A stretch of 64,000 nucleotides of DNA from Spirochaetia bacterium (GCA_965216965.1 CBDCGX010000052.1:35195-99194); one strand, 5' to 3'; counted from the first letter of the stretch, positions 39,515-51,175 are shown. The notes: generated by a model from the sequence alone, not told the origin. Numbers and translations are program-made.

Positions 39515-42328
39515 TTACTGACACGCTTCACAATCTGGATCTAAAATATTACATGCAGAATTAACCTGTGTTGCAGGTTCTGTTATATTTGACTCCTTTT
39601 CATGACGAATATCTGTAGCTTTATTAGTTGTTTTATATTCTCTTTTTTGTGTATATCCATATTCTTTTGCATCAAGTGTGGATTTTTCAATTTGACTCGC
39701 TCCAAGGCTCCTAAGATAATACGTTGTCTTTACTCCCATTCTCCATGCAGCAACATATATATCATGCAATTTTTTTCCAGAAACCCCCTTTACAAATACA
39801 TTATGAGATTGGCTCTGATCTATCCATTTTGACCGCAGTGCTGTAAGTCTCATAAGCACTATTGGGTTTATCTCAAATGTTTCCTTATATAATTGTTTAA
39901 GCGAATCGTCTATTTCTTCTATGTAATCTATATTCCCATCATAGTATTTTATTTTTTCTAGCATCTTTTCTGACCACTGCCCTCGTACTTTAAGATCATT
40001 TACAAGGTATTTATTAATTATGGTAAACTCTCCACTCATGTTTGCTTTTACATAAATATTCTTATAAATGGGTTCAATACAAGGAAAACATCCCGCTATA
40101 TTAGAAATAGTTGCCGTTGGTGCAATTGCCATCGTGTTACTATTTCTCATACCATATTTTTTTATGTGAGCTCGAACATTACTCCAATCCATACGAATAG
40201 TTCTATCTACATCAATTTCTCTTCCTCGCTCTTTCTCTAGGAGATCAAGAGTGTCTATAGGAAGCAATCCTTTATCCCATTTTGATCCCGAAAAACTTTT
40301 ATACACACCCCGTTCTTTTGCAAGCTCAGATGATCCTAAAATTGCATGATAAGATATAAATTCCATTGTGGAATCAACAAATTCAGCCGTCTTGTTATCT
40401 GAAAAAGAAAAATTAAGAGTAAATAAAACATCCTGAAGTCCCATTATTCCAAGTCCCACCGGTCTATGTTTGAGGTTGCTTCTCTTTGCTTCTTCTGTTG
40501 GATAAAAATTAATATCAATAACATTATCAAGCATTCGCATTGCTGTTCTTATTGTTTTCTCAATTTGATATTGATTAAGCCCATCTTGTTCTACATGACG
40601 AGCAAGGTTTATAGATCCCAAATTACATACGGCCGTTTCTTCCTTTGAAGAATTAAGTGTAATTTCTGTACAAAGATTACTACTTCTCACAACTCCCATA
40701 TGATCCTGCGGACTTCTTATATTACAAGGGTCTTTAAAAGTAATCCATGGATGACCTGTCTCAAAAAGCCTTGTAAGCATCTTTCTCCACAATTTCATCG
40801 CGCTCACTTTCTTAAAAGATTTTAACTCTCCTTTATCTGCCATCATTTCATATTCTTTATAACGTTTTTCAAACTTTGATCCATATAGTTCATGTAAATC
40901 AGAAGTTTCATTTGGAGAAAAAAGAGTCCACTCTACATCTTCTTCAACCCGCTTCATAAATAAATCAGGTATCCAATTTGCCGTATTCATATCATGGGTG
41001 CGCCTTCTTTCATCACCTGTATTTCGCCTAAGATCAAGAAAATCTTCTACATCAAGATGCCACGTTTCAAGATAGGCACATGTTGCCCCTCTTCTTTTTC
41101 CACTCCTATTTATTGCAAGCGTTGTATCGTTTGCTATTTTTAAGAAAGGTATTATTCCTTGGCTTTCTACATTAGTACTTCTTATACGTGCATTTGTAGC
41201 TCTCACTGATGTCCAATCGTTCCCTATTCCTCCGGACCACTTTGCCATTTGCGCATTATCTCCAATACACTTAAAAATATTCCCCAAATCATCGCTTATA
41301 GTACTAATATAACATGAGCTTAACTGTGGATGTGTAAGCCCAGCATGAAAAAGCGTCGGTGTAGAAGGTATATATAAAAGTTGAGACATAAGATCATAAA
41401 ATTCTTTTGCTCTCTTGTTTTTATCATCCTCATTTATAGCAAGGCCCATTGCTACGCGCATCCAAAATGCTTGTGGTATTTCTATTCTGCGGGTTTCATA
41501 ACGAACAAAATATCTATCATACAATGTTCTTATACCAATATATGAAAGAAACTCATCTCGTTTTGGTCGCAATGCTTGCTTAAGATATTCAAAATCAAAA
41601 GTCAGTAGCTCCTTGGAAAAGAAACTCTTTTCAACCCCATATGCAATATTTTTCACAAAGACATTTTGATATTTCTCATACAAGTCCTCTCCCGAATCAA
41701 CATTGTCATCTATTGTTTCTTTATAAAGTTTTTGTAACAAAAGCCGCGAAGCAATTTCATCATATCTTGTATCTCTTTCTAAAAACGAAATTGTAGAAAG
41801 AATCACAGCCTCTTCTATTTCTGTAGTAGAAATTCCATCAAAAATATTTTTTTCAAGTTCTACAACAATAGGATCAAGTGGAACTTCATTTGTATCTATA
41901 TCTCGACTTACCCTGCGAAGTGTTGAAAGTACTTTGCTGAAATTAAATCGTGTCTCTCTTCCATTCCGTTTTGTAATATTTAATGCATGAAGTTTTTCTT
42001 GTTTACTTACTGTTTTTTCAAGACGGCATTCAGCATGCTTTTGTCGATATATGATATATCCTTTTGCTACCGTTGTATGTTTACTATGCATCAAGACATC
42101 TTCAACAGTATCTTGAATTCTCTCTATGTGTACCATGTCCTTATGTTTTTGGTGAAGATCTTTCTCAATGGTCCTTACAAGATTATCAATGTCATCATCC
42201 CCTATATATTGACCACACGCTTTAAATGCTTTTTGAATAGCAATACATATGAAGGATGCATCATATACAACTTGCTCTCCATCCCTTTTTACTGCTGTTG
42301 TAAAACCTACTGTAGATCCTGTAATCAT
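39515..42328 (-). CDS. nrdA: Ribonucleotide reductase alpha subunit with two N-terminal ATP cones
   Basis: VKRDG and TKRNG cone starts; PSTPTL, LSSCY, SNLCTEI, CNLGSINL, APTATI, KTTYYLR, C-terminal CEACQ. Confidence 0.96.
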   Translation of the reverse strand: MITGSTVGFTTAVKRDGEQVVYDASFICIAIQKAFKACGQYIGDDDIDNLVRTIEKDLHQKHKDMVHIERIQDTVEDVLMHSKHTTVAKGYIIYRQKHAECRLEKTVSKQEKLHALNITKRNGRETRFNFSKVLSTLRRVSRDIDTNEVPLDPIVVELEKNIFDGISTTEIEEAVILSTISFLERDTRYDEIASRLLLQKLYKETIDDNVDSGEDLYEKYQNVFVKNIAYGVEKSFFSKELLTFDFEYLKQALRPKRDEFLSYIGIRTLYDRYFVRYETRRIEIPQAFWMRVAMGLAINEDDKNKRAKEFYDLMSQLLYIPSTPTLFHAGLTHPQLSSCYISTISDDLGNIFKCIGDNAQMAKWSGGIGNDWTSVRATNARIRSTNVESQGIIPFLKIANDTTLAINRSGKRRGATCAYLETWHLDVEDFLDLRRNTGDERRRTHDMNTANWIPDLFMKRVEEDVEWTLFSPNETSDLHELYGSKFEKRYKEYEMMADKGELKSFKKVSAMKLWRKMLTRLFETGHPWITFKDPCNIRSPQDHMGVVRSSNLCTEITLNSSKEETAVCNLGSINLARHVEQDGLNQYQIEKTIRTAMRMLDNVIDINFYPTEEAKRSNLKHRPVGLGIMGLQDVLFTLNFSFSDNKTAEFVDSTMEFISYHAILGSSELAKERGVYKSFSGSKWDKGLLPIDTLDLLEKERGREIDVDRTIRMDWSNVRAHIKKYGMRNSNTMAIAPTATISNIAGCFPCIEPIYKNIYVKANMSGEFTIINKYLVNDLKVRGQWSEKMLEKIKYYDGNIDYIEEIDDSLKQLYKETFEINPIVLMRLTALRSKWIDQSQSHNVFVKGVSGKKLHDIYVAAWRMGVKTTYYLRSLGASQIEKSTLDAKEYGYTQKREYKTTNKATDIRHEKESNITEPATQVNSACNILDPDCEACQ

Positions 42329-42404
42329 TTCTTATTTTCCCCTCTAAAAATATAATTTTATATAAATTACTACTAATTTCTATTAGTATGTTATAAAACA
42401 CTTA

Positions 42405-42461
42405 CATACATATTTAGTGTCTTTTTCAAAAAAAAAGCATAAACCACACTACATATAGTGT
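42405..42461. promoter_or_regulatory. Tandem NrdR boxes
   Basis: ACACTACATATAGTGT (42446-42461) and ACACTAAATATGTATG (minus strand, 42420-42405), 41 bp apart, upstream of nrdA. Consensus is acaCwAtATaTwGtgt. Confidence 0.8.
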
Positions 42462-42536
42462 GGTAGTATATTCTCTATTACACTAAAATAACAAATAATA
42501 GTCAATGTTTTTCATAGATTTTTTTCATGTTTTTTT

Positions 42537-43676
42537 TTACATATCTAAAAGATGATGATAAAACTTCCTATATTTTCCTGCAATAATCTCTGAAGAAAGA
42601 TATTTTTGCAAATGCATTCGCTCCTTTTGAGCACATGTAATATAATATTTGTAGTTTTTTAAAAAAACATGTGCCTTTTCTGCAAATAAAAGTGGTTTTT
42701 TACAATCTATAGTCCAACAAGAATGCAAGAAAATCTCTCTCATAACTGGAATATCATTTGTAATAACAGGTATTCCTTGTAGCAAAGCTTCACATGGAAC
42801 TAATCCAAATCCTTCATTGTCAGAAGGGAACAATACAACATGGGCTTCTCTCATACATTCCTTTACATTGTGAATATGTCCGAGTAATTTTACATGTGGA
42901 AGATGATTATCTTGTATATATTGTTGTATAATTTTCTTTAACGGTCCCTCTCCTGCAAATAGAAGACTTGCGTTTGCATTCTTTTTCAAAAAGTAAGAAA
43001 ACATTCTTAACACATTTATATGTCCCTTCCCTTTATAAAGCCGCGATACAACAAGAAAAACAGGCTGTTGTATACTACAATTCATTATTTTTTGTTTTTT
43101 TGCATACCTTTGCTCTTTTTCTTCTGGAACCATATGTGCATGAGTAAGTGGATTATAAATCACCTCACTATACACTGCAGAATGCTTTCTCTTTTTTTTA
43201 AGTAATTTAGCATATGTTTGCAAACAAGACTGTGAGACTGCTGTAACAGCATTAAATTTGTACAAGAGAAATTTTAAAACATATTTAGTAAACACACTAA
43301 AATAATCAAGATTATTATGAAATGTAGCACACAGCACATACTTATTTTTTGTTCTTGATCTATACGAAACCCCTGCAATACAATAAGCCCTTCCCAAATG
43401 AGCATGAACAACATCTGGATTACACTTCATTAAAAACGCTTTATATTGTAACAGTCCCTTAATAACTTCTCTTCTTTTACAATGCAAGCTATATATAGGA
43501 ATATGTAATTCTTGTAACGCCCTATATGCCTGTGTACTATTATCTACCTTTTCATGAGACAACACTATAATATCAAACGATTTTTGTAAATATAACGCTA
43601 TGTCTAAAAAGACTGTTGATACTGCACTGTCATCAAAGCAAGTAGTAAACCATATTATTTTTTTCTTTACGCTCAT
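42537..43676 (-). CDS. Glycosyltransferase family 4
   Basis: VVHAH, VSRLYKGKG, FPSDNEGFGLVPCEAL, PVITND. Confidence 0.88.
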   Translation of the reverse strand: MSVKKKIIWFTTCFDDSAVSTVFLDIALYLQKSFDIIVLSHEKVDNSTQAYRALQELHIPIYSLHCKRREVIKGLLQYKAFLMKCNPDVVHAHLGRAYCIAGVSYRSRTKNKYVLCATFHNNLDYFSVFTKYVLKFLLYKFNAVTAVSQSCLQTYAKLLKKKRKHSAVYSEVIYNPLTHAHMVPEEKEQRYAKKQKIMNCSIQQPVFLVVSRLYKGKGHINVLRMFSYFLKKNANASLLFAGEGPLKKIIQQYIQDNHLPHVKLLGHIHNVKECMREAHVVLFPSDNEGFGLVPCEALLQGIPVITNDIPVMREIFLHSCWTIDCKKPLLFAEKAHVFLKNYKYYITCAQKERMHLQKYLSSEIIAGKYRKFYHHLLDM

Positions 43677-43687
43677 AAATTTTAATA

Positions 43688-44488
43688 TTAATTATATTTG
43701 TATTTCAGATTTCTAATAGCGCGTTGCAATAATCGCGGCAAGAACTTACGCAAATATTTTTTGCTATACTCAACCGCTATATACACAGTCATTATACAAT
43801 ATTTTTTCATACTGGGATAAAACATTTTTTGTATCCTACGCCGCTCTTTCATCATTGTAGGAAAATGTGCAGTAGAATAGCCATCACTCGCTACTACGGA
43901 TATAATTGTATTGATATATAAAGCAAAATGGTTTGATTGTATGAAAGAAGCTACCTGACATGCATCTGCACATACTTTAAACGTTGTATCAAAAGGATGC
44001 TGTTTGAGCACCGTTGTTTTAAAAAACATAGCCTGATGCGATGTTGGCATGTTTTCTGGCATGCATAGAAGAGATTTAGTACTCTTTATTACTTCTTGCT
44101 CATTCCATAATTCTTTGTAGCGCCCTACAATAAGTTCATACGGTTTTTTTATTTTCACAAGAATATCTAAAAGTGTCGCAAGCGTGTTTTCTGATGCAAA
44201 GATATCTCCCGTATTTAAAAACAAACTCCATATACCTCTTGCATGCATTATCCCCTTATTCATAGCATCATATATGCCATCATCTGGCTCAGAAATATAT
44301 TGTATTATGTGATTACAAGAATGCTTTTGTACAATGTTTTTAATACCCTCAGAGCTTCCTCCATGGATTATAACACTCTCATACAAGTCTTTTTGTATAC
44401 TTTGTACACAAAAAGAATGAAGCGTTTTAAAAAGCCCTTCTTCATCGTCTTTTACAACAGTTATAATACTAAATAATAATTTATCCAT
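43688..44488 (-). CDS. Glycosyltransferase family 2 (WcaE-like)
   Basis: FSIITVV, ISEPDDGIYDAMNKG, FLNTGD, SHQAMF. Confidence 0.88.
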   Translation of the reverse strand: MDKLLFSIITVVKDDEEGLFKTLHSFCVQSIQKDLYESVIIHGGSSEGIKNIVQKHSCNHIIQYISEPDDGIYDAMNKGIMHARGIWSLFLNTGDIFASENTLATLLDILVKIKKPYELIVGRYKELWNEQEVIKSTKSLLCMPENMPTSHQAMFFKTTVLKQHPFDTTFKVCADACQVASFIQSNHFALYINTIISVVASDGYSTAHFPTMMKERRRIQKMFYPSMKKYCIMTVYIAVEYSKKYLRKFLPRLLQRAIRNLKYKYN

Positions 44489-44620
44489 GTCTTACCTTTA
44501 TTTCTGTATATACTGGTAAAAAACAAAAATACTTATCATAGTACATAATGAACAAAACATATTTTATCTTGATGTAGAAAAAAGCCTGCTCAGTTCCTTT
44601 CTAATAAACACCACGATAGT

Positions 44621-46597
44621 CTATTCTCCCTTTTTTATATACTTACATATTTCTTTATATGAGCCAGAAAAAACAATCTTACCTGACTCTATTCTATAAA
44701 TCACATCACACAAAGAAAGTGTATTAAGTCGATGTGCAACCATAATAATCGTTTTATTCTTGGGCAATTCATCAATAGTTTTTTGAACTTTTTCTTCGGT
44801 TTGCATATCCAAGTTTGAAGTTGCCTCATCAAAAAACAGTACTTGAGGATCTCTATATAATGCCCGTGCTATTCCTAATCGTTGTCTTTGTCCACCACTC
44901 AATCGTTTCCCCGAATCTCCTATATTTGTTTCCATTCCCTTAGGCATTTTCTTAATGACACTCCAAAGCTGTGAAATTTTTAGTACTTTTTCTACTTTTT
45001 TCAAAGAGATATCCTCAGGTGGTAAACCGAATGCTATATTATTAATCACAGTATCCGACATTAGCAAAGTATCCTGCGGAACATATCCTATGATTTTTTG
45101 CCAAGCTCTAGTATCTTCATAAATATTTAACTTTTCATCTATCAAGATTTCTCCTGAAAGAGGTTTTAGAAAACCCATAAGTACATGTAAAAATGTTGTT
45201 TTTCCTCCGCCTGACGTACCAATAACTCCTATTTTGGACCCCTTTGTAATATTCATTGAGATGTGCCTAAGTGCTAAAGGAGCATTATCAAAACTCATGT
45301 TTCTTCCCTTGCTATCAAAAACAGGATATCCAAAACTTATGTCTTTGATTTGAATAGTCTCTTTAAAAATAATAGGTAATATATCATCAGCTTCCTCTTC
45401 TTTGTATTGAATAGCGTTTATATATTCTTCATAAAACTCATTTACAGAAACTTGATTTCCTGCAAAAGCACCTAAATATCCCACAAGTCTAAGTGATGCT
45501 GGCATAATCTTAAAAACTGCGGCCGCAAGCACTGCCGCAGTAGTAATAAGTTCATCTGTCTTATCTGGAAACCTAATAACAATAAATACCGCATAAAATA
45601 CAAATGCAGCCACAATAAAAATTTCTAATACAATTCTAGGAATACCCGCAATTATACCTCTATATGCCCCTAGAGGCACAGTTCTATCATAAAAAGAATG
45701 GAACATCCTTAGAAAAAAAGATTCTGCCCCAAAAAGTCTACTAAATGTAAAATTATGAATTCCATGATACATGGAAATACTTTGCTTCTTAGAAAGAAGA
45801 AGTTCTATCTCTCCTAATCTTCTCAGTTCTCTATTTGTAAAATAATATGAAACAAACGCAACAATAAATATTCCCACTGCTACATATACAATCCCCGGTG
45901 TTAAAAATGTAATCCCCACACCCAACATAAACATAATAAGAAGATCATTTATTACCCCTAAAGTTCCTTGTATTATTGCAAATGTCCGCCCTGATAATGA
46001 CATTGAAAACATTGTTTGAGCTATAGTACGCCCCAGATAATATGAATATGACATGTATAACACTGCCATATAAATTTTTGTAACAAGTACTTTTACAGCA
46101 TGTGCTGTATAAAAATGAGAAATATATCCAATAACAATTTCGAAAACTATACGAAGGAGAAAAACCCCCAAAAATGCAATTCCGAAAAATATTATAAGCT
46201 GACCAGAGTTTGTAAATTCAAACATGTCATATAAATATCTTGAAATCTCAATAACAATTTGTTTTATACGTCCAGCTGAGCTTATATCATAAGAAGGGTC
46301 TATAAAACTTGCATTTTGTAAAAACAAAATAAAAGGGATAACAAGGCTTATACTCATAAGCCCCAGTAAAGACCCTACAACCATAAATATAAACAATATA
46401 GGCAGTTTTTTTCGTGCTCCTGCAATGAGAAACCATAATTGGCGTAAAGTTGTAAATGCACTTATTTTTTTTACTGTTTCTGTTAATTTTTCCTGCTCCT
46501 TAATAAATTGTTGTTCTTCTGTATCTGTTATATGCTTATCATATTTCTTTATATTTTTAAGAATTTTTTTTGTTTTTTTAAATTCATTATCTACCAT
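44621..46597 (-). CDS. ABC transporter permease/ATPase (PglK/MsbA-like glycan exporter)
   Basis: TM domain plus GTSGGGKTT, LSGGQRQRLGIARALY, FDEATS. Start moved to ATG 46597, overlapping the fcl 3' end. Confidence 0.88.
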   Translation of the reverse strand: MVDNEFKKTKKILKNIKKYDKHITDTEEQQFIKEQEKLTETVKKISAFTTLRQLWFLIAGARKKLPILFIFMVVGSLLGLMSISLVIPFILFLQNASFIDPSYDISSAGRIKQIVIEISRYLYDMFEFTNSGQLIIFFGIAFLGVFLLRIVFEIVIGYISHFYTAHAVKVLVTKIYMAVLYMSYSYYLGRTIAQTMFSMSLSGRTFAIIQGTLGVINDLLIMFMLGVGITFLTPGIVYVAVGIFIVAFVSYYFTNRELRRLGEIELLLSKKQSISMYHGIHNFTFSRLFGAESFFLRMFHSFYDRTVPLGAYRGIIAGIPRIVLEIFIVAAFVFYAVFIVIRFPDKTDELITTAAVLAAAVFKIMPASLRLVGYLGAFAGNQVSVNEFYEEYINAIQYKEEEADDILPIIFKETIQIKDISFGYPVFDSKGRNMSFDNAPLALRHISMNITKGSKIGVIGTSGGGKTTFLHVLMGFLKPLSGEILIDEKLNIYEDTRAWQKIIGYVPQDTLLMSDTVINNIAFGLPPEDISLKKVEKVLKISQLWSVIKKMPKGMETNIGDSGKRLSGGQRQRLGIARALYRDPQVLFFDEATSNLDMQTEEKVQKTIDELPKNKTIIMVAHRLNTLSLCDVIYRIESGKIVFSGSYKEICKYIKKGE

Positions 46598-47534
46598 CTT
46601 TATTTTGTTCCTCAAACCATTTATACGTTTTTTCGATTCCTTCTTCCAAAGACGTCTTAGGTATCCAACCAAGATGTTGTAATTGTGACGTATCCATACA
46701 TTTTCTTGGTGTTCCATTTGGTTTTGTAGTGTCCCATATTACTTCTCCAGAAAAACCAAGTTTTTCTTTCACAATATATGCAAGTTCTTTTATAGAAATA
46801 TCCTTCCCAATACCTACGTTTATATGTTCTTTTATCACATCCGAAGAGATATTCTTCATCAAAAAACATAGTGCATCTGCAAGATCAATAGAATATAAGA
46901 ATTCTCTTCTAGGACTTCCGTCTCCCCATAAAGTCACGGTGTCTTTTCCTTCCATTTTAGCAGTATGGATTTTTTTTATCATAGCAGAAAGAACATGGGA
47001 AGTTAAAAGGTTGAAATTATCTTTTGGTCCATACAAATTACATGGCATTGCACTTATAAAACGTGTTCCATACTGTTCATTATAATATCGGCACAATTTA
47101 ATTGCCGTAATTTTTGCGATTGCATAGGGCTCATTAGTAGGTTCTAAAGAGCCTGTTAAAAGACTATCTTCTTTAATTGGATTCGGTGCAAACTTAGGGT
47201 AAATACAACTTGATCCTAAATTGAGTAATTTTGTAACCCCTGTAAGATATGATGAATGTATAATATTTGCCGAAATAAACATATTATGATATATAAAATC
47301 TGCCCTATACGTGCTATTTGCCATAATACCACCCACCTTTGCAGCACATAGAAATACATATTTTGGTTTTTCATGTAAGAAAAAATCTTCAACCTCTTTT
47401 TGTCTTACAAGATCAAGTTCTTTGTGCGTCTTAACAATTATGTTAGCATATCCTTTCGCACGTAAATACTCAAGCAGGGCAGAACCTACTAGACCACGAT
47501 GTCCTGCAATATATATCTTATCAGTCTTTTCCAT
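46587..47534 (-). CDS. fcl: GDP-L-fucose synthase
   Basis: [43 protein letters not shown]. Confidence 0.95.
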   Translation of the reverse strand: MEKTDKIYIAGHRGLVGSALLEYLRAKGYANIIVKTHKELDLVRQKEVEDFFLHEKPKYVFLCAAKVGGIMANSTYRADFIYHNMFISANIIHSSYLTGVTKLLNLGSSCIYPKFAPNPIKEDSLLTGSLEPTNEPYAIAKITAIKLCRYYNEQYGTRFISAMPCNLYGPKDNFNLLTSHVLSAMIKKIHTAKMEGKDTVTLWGDGSPRREFLYSIDLADALCFLMKNISSDVIKEHINVGIGKDISIKELAYIVKEKLGFSGEVIWDTTKPNGTPRKCMDTSQLQHLGWIPKTSLEEGIEKTYKWFEEQNKDGR

Positions 47535-48588
47535 TGACATATACATCCTTGTGATCTTTCAAATCAGCTTCAATCATTATATCTATAAGACGGGAAAACC
47601 CAACTTTTGCCTTCCAACCAAGCTTTTCTTTTGCTTTCGTTGCATCACCTAGAAGAAGATTAACCTCTGTCGGTCGATAATATCGCAGATCTATTTTTAT
47701 TATTGTTTTTCCCGATAACGTATTTATAGCATATTCATCAGTGCCTGTACCATGCCACTCTAATGGAATATTAAGTCTCTTAAATACTTCGTCTACAAAT
47801 TCGCGAACAGTATGCATCTCGCCCGTAGCTATTACAAAGTCATCGGGCTCATTTTGTTGCAACATAAGCCACATTGCCTCTACATAATCTTTTGCATATC
47901 CCCAATCTCTCTTTGCATCAAGATTGCCTAAATATAAACAATCTTGTAATCCACACGATATTTTTACTGCAGCCTGAGTTATTTTTCTTGTTACAAATGT
48001 TTCTCCTCGTAAGGGGCTTTCATGATTAAATAATATTCCATTACACGCAAACATAGAATAACTCTCTCTATAATTTATAGTTATCCAATATCCATATAAT
48101 TTTGCAACCCCATAAGGACTTCTAGGATAAAATGGTGTTTTCTCATTTTGTGGAATATCTTGCACAAGACCATATAATTCACTTGTAGACGCTTGATAAA
48201 ACTTTACCGTTTCTATAAGATTCAATATACGCAAGGCTTCTAAAATCCTCAAGACTCCTATAGCATCTGAATTTGCCGTATACTCAGGTGTTTCAAAGCT
48301 TACTTGTACATGGCTTTGAGCACCCAGATTATATATTTCGCTAGGTTGTACCTCTTGTATAAGGCGAATAAGGTTAGTACTATCTGTTAAATCTCCATAA
48401 TGTAAATAAAACGCATTTTTTTTATGGTATAAATCAGAATATAAGTGATCTATTCGTTCCGTATTAAAAGAGCTTGAACGTCGTTTTATTCCATGAACTT
48501 CATATCCTTTCTCAAGTAAAAATTCAGAAAGATATGCTCCATCTTGTCCTGTAACGCCAGTGATAAGTGCCTTCTTTTTATGTATCAT
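47521..48588 (-). CDS. gmd: GDP-mannose 4,6-dehydratase
   Basis: [40 protein letters not shown]. Confidence 0.97.
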   Translation of the reverse strand: MIHKKKALITGVTGQDGAYLSEFLLEKGYEVHGIKRRSSSFNTERIDHLYSDLYHKKNAFYLHYGDLTDSTNLIRLIQEVQPSEIYNLGAQSHVQVSFETPEYTANSDAIGVLRILEALRILNLIETVKFYQASTSELYGLVQDIPQNEKTPFYPRSPYGVAKLYGYWITINYRESYSMFACNGILFNHESPLRGETFVTRKITQAAVKISCGLQDCLYLGNLDAKRDWGYAKDYVEAMWLMLQQNEPDDFVIATGEMHTVREFVDEVFKRLNIPLEWHGTGTDEYAINTLSGKTIIKIDLRYYRPTEVNLLLGDATKAKEKLGWKAKVGFSRLIDIMIEADLKDHKDVYVNGKD

Positions 48589-48595
48589 TTTTATA

Positions 48596-49564
48596 CTACC
48601 TTATATTATTATATCTGTTTCTTATCCATTCTATGGTTTTTTTAATACCTTCTTTCAACTGAACCCGTGGAGTCCATTGTAATAAAGATATTGCTTTTCT
48701 AATATCTGGTTTACGTTGTTGCGGATCATTTTCGGGGAGTGGTTTATAGACAATATTTATTTCTGGAATATGTTTAGATATCTGTTTCGTAAGAGTATTA
48801 ATTGTTATTTCATATGGATTGCCAAGATTAATTGGTCCATGAACAGTATGATCTATGGTATTTGTATTTGCTATAGGAATGTATAAATATTTTACAATGC
48901 CCTCAACAAGGTCATCTATATAACAAAAACTTCTTGTCTGTTCTCCTTCCCCATATATAGTAAGTGGTTTCCCTTCAAGAGCTTGCGTTATAAAATTACT
49001 CATTACTCGCCCGTCATCACATGCCATATAAGGTCCATATGTATTAAAGATTCGAATAAGTTTTAGTTTTATACTTCGCAATCGAATAAAGTCAAAACAA
49101 AATGTTTCTGCCATCCTTTTTCCTTCGTCATAACAAGCCCTAGGTCCCATAAAATTTACATTGCCCCAATATTGCTCTGTTTGAGGATGTTCAAGTGGAT
49201 CTCCATACGTTTCACTTGTAGAAGCCTGAAGTAAAATAGCATTATGTTTATATGCAAGTTCTAATACATTAAGTATTCCTAGTACGTTTACTTTTCCTGT
49301 ATATATAGGGTCTTTAAGATATTGTTTAGGACTCGCAGGACATGCAAAATTGCATATAGCATCTATTTTCTCATTAATATCTAAAGGTTTTATAATATCA
49401 TGCTCAACAAATGAGAAATTCTTATTCTTATGCAATTCTTCCATGTTTTGAGGAGAACTACAGTAAAAATTATCAATGCCAATAATTGTATGCCCATCAC
49501 AAAGAAGTTTTTTACAAAGATTTACGCCTATAAATCCTGCCGATCCTGTTATAATAATTTTCAT
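48596..49564 (-). CDS. UDP-glucuronic acid decarboxylase (UDP-xylose synthase family)
   Basis: [46 protein letters not shown]. Confidence 0.9.
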   Translation of the reverse strand: MKIIITGSAGFIGVNLCKKLLCDGHTIIGIDNFYCSSPQNMEELHKNKNFSFVEHDIIKPLDINEKIDAICNFACPASPKQYLKDPIYTGKVNVLGILNVLELAYKHNAILLQASTSETYGDPLEHPQTEQYWGNVNFMGPRACYDEGKRMAETFCFDFIRLRSIKLKLIRIFNTYGPYMACDDGRVMSNFITQALEGKPLTIYGEGEQTRSFCYIDDLVEGIVKYLYIPIANTNTIDHTVHGPINLGNPYEITINTLTKQISKHIPEINIVYKPLPENDPQQRKPDIRKAISLLQWTPRVQLKEGIKKTIEWIRNRYNNIR

Positions 49565-49611
49565 ACTACTTTATTATAATACTAAAAGAGTAGAACTTTA
49601 AGGTTATTCAT

Positions 49612-51138
49612 TTGAAAGATTATAAAACTATTACATTCCTTTTTATTTGCACACTTCTTTTTCCAATACTTACCTTTGGACAAGAAACAAAAAAACTCCC
49701 ACAAGCCATAACTCCTTCTAATAAGGCCATAGACAATGATGTATATATCATTACAGATGTTAAATATGTAATAAAAGGTCTCGTGCTTAAAAGTGCTTTA
49801 GAGGAAAAATTACGATTTGCAACAGGCACAAAAAAATTCTATTCTCGAGAAACATTTATAAATTACTTAGAAGATAAAACTGCAAAATTAAAAAACATCA
49901 ATCAAATTGAAAACATATCAACCATAACATACGACTATACGTGGAATAAAGAAAAACACCAATTTGAAATAATACTTACTATATTTGTATTTGCAAAGAA
50001 TACATTCTTAATTATTCCATATCCTAAATATTCTGACAATACTGGGTTTGAGCTAAGCCTAAAGGGGAAAGATGAAAATTTTATAGGGTCACTTGAACTT
50101 TTACATTTCAACCTCAATTACACCCTAGATAGTTCAAATAGAAATGGAATGAACACCGGCGTTGGCTTTAGATACCCCTTGCAATATAAAGAAAACCACA
50201 TATTTAAACCTGGAATAGAAGAATCGCTCTCTTATCGTGAAGATAACTCACTACAAAACATTTCTGGACTCCTTTTTACCTATTCATATCTTATAAACCA
50301 TATAGCAGTAAATCTTAATACAAATCAAAAATTCATTACTACTACAGACACGGGGCAATCTAGCAAGCCAAAATATACACGCTCAAGAACAGAACTAAGC
50401 CTAGCCCCTTCTTTTACTCTTAATAAAAATATTATTCCTATAATAAGCTCTTTTATATATAATACCTCTTTATATACAAATATAGAAACAGCGATAACTC
50501 CCAATGACCCCAAACCACAAGATAGATACAAATTAGATACAGGGTTTACTCATTCCCTTGATTTTGGTCGCATAGACTGGATAGAAAATTTCCGTATGGG
50601 TGTTTTTATCTCAATAGGAAACAAAAACAATTATTCATTTAAAGACCGCGGATGGATAAATTCTATTTATTTAGAAACAAAATTTCATGTTGCAATTAAA
50701 GGCTTCATGGGTATTAATACCCGCTTTTATGTTATTCACAATTTTATTACTTATGCAGAACCAAAAAAAGGAAACGACAAGGGAACTTCTATTGGAAATA
50801 GAATTCGTGGTGTACTCGACAATAATTTTACTAATGCTAACACAGGATTGGCTATAAATACAGAAGTTATGTTCAAATTATTCAGAATTCCTTATATAGC
50901 TCAATTTCAAGGCGGTCTCTTTTTTGATGTAGGTGTACGAAAAAGAGTAAATACTGATTTTAATGTTTATAATGATGTGAAATATACTGCTGGCATTCAA
51001 GGTATTGCGTTTCAAATCTTTAATACAAGCATAAATATGCGTCTTACCTACGGTATTGATATCGGACGTGCCATAAAAGAGCACCGACTTTCCTTTTCTA
51101 ATAGAGAAATAGTATTTGCAACGTCATTGTTTTATTAA
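49612..51138 (+). CDS. Putative outer-membrane beta-barrel protein with POTRA-like N-terminus
   Basis: Signal peptide, IIPYPKYSDNTG...ENFIGS, alternating aromatic strands, C-terminal FATSLFY; TTG start. Confidence 0.55.
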   Translation: MKDYKTITFLFICTLLFPILTFGQETKKLPQAITPSNKAIDNDVYIITDVKYVIKGLVLKSALEEKLRFATGTKKFYSRETFINYLEDKTAKLKNINQIENISTITYDYTWNKEKHQFEIILTIFVFAKNTFLIIPYPKYSDNTGFELSLKGKDENFIGSLELLHFNLNYTLDSSNRNGMNTGVGFRYPLQYKENHIFKPGIEESLSYREDNSLQNISGLLFTYSYLINHIAVNLNTNQKFITTTDTGQSSKPKYTRSRTELSLAPSFTLNKNIIPIISSFIYNTSLYTNIETAITPNDPKPQDRYKLDTGFTHSLDFGRIDWIENFRMGVFISIGNKNNYSFKDRGWINSIYLETKFHVAIKGFMGINTRFYVIHNFITYAEPKKGNDKGTSIGNRIRGVLDNNFTNANTGLAINTEVMFKLFRIPYIAQFQGGLFFDVGVRKRVNTDFNVYNDVKYTAGIQGIAFQIFNTSINMRLTYGIDIGRAIKEHRLSFSNREIVFATSLFY

Positions 51139-51146
51139 TATCATTA

Positions 51147-51175
51147 TTGACATTTAATAGCATGATGTTTATTAT
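51147..51175 (+). promoter_or_regulatory. Sigma70 promoter of groES
   Basis: TTGACA-N17-TATTAT. Confidence 0.6.

Noticed and set aside
46598-46717. N-terminal extension of the ABC transporter ORF
   Set aside because: Lies inside fcl; ATG 46597 gives a normal coupled start.
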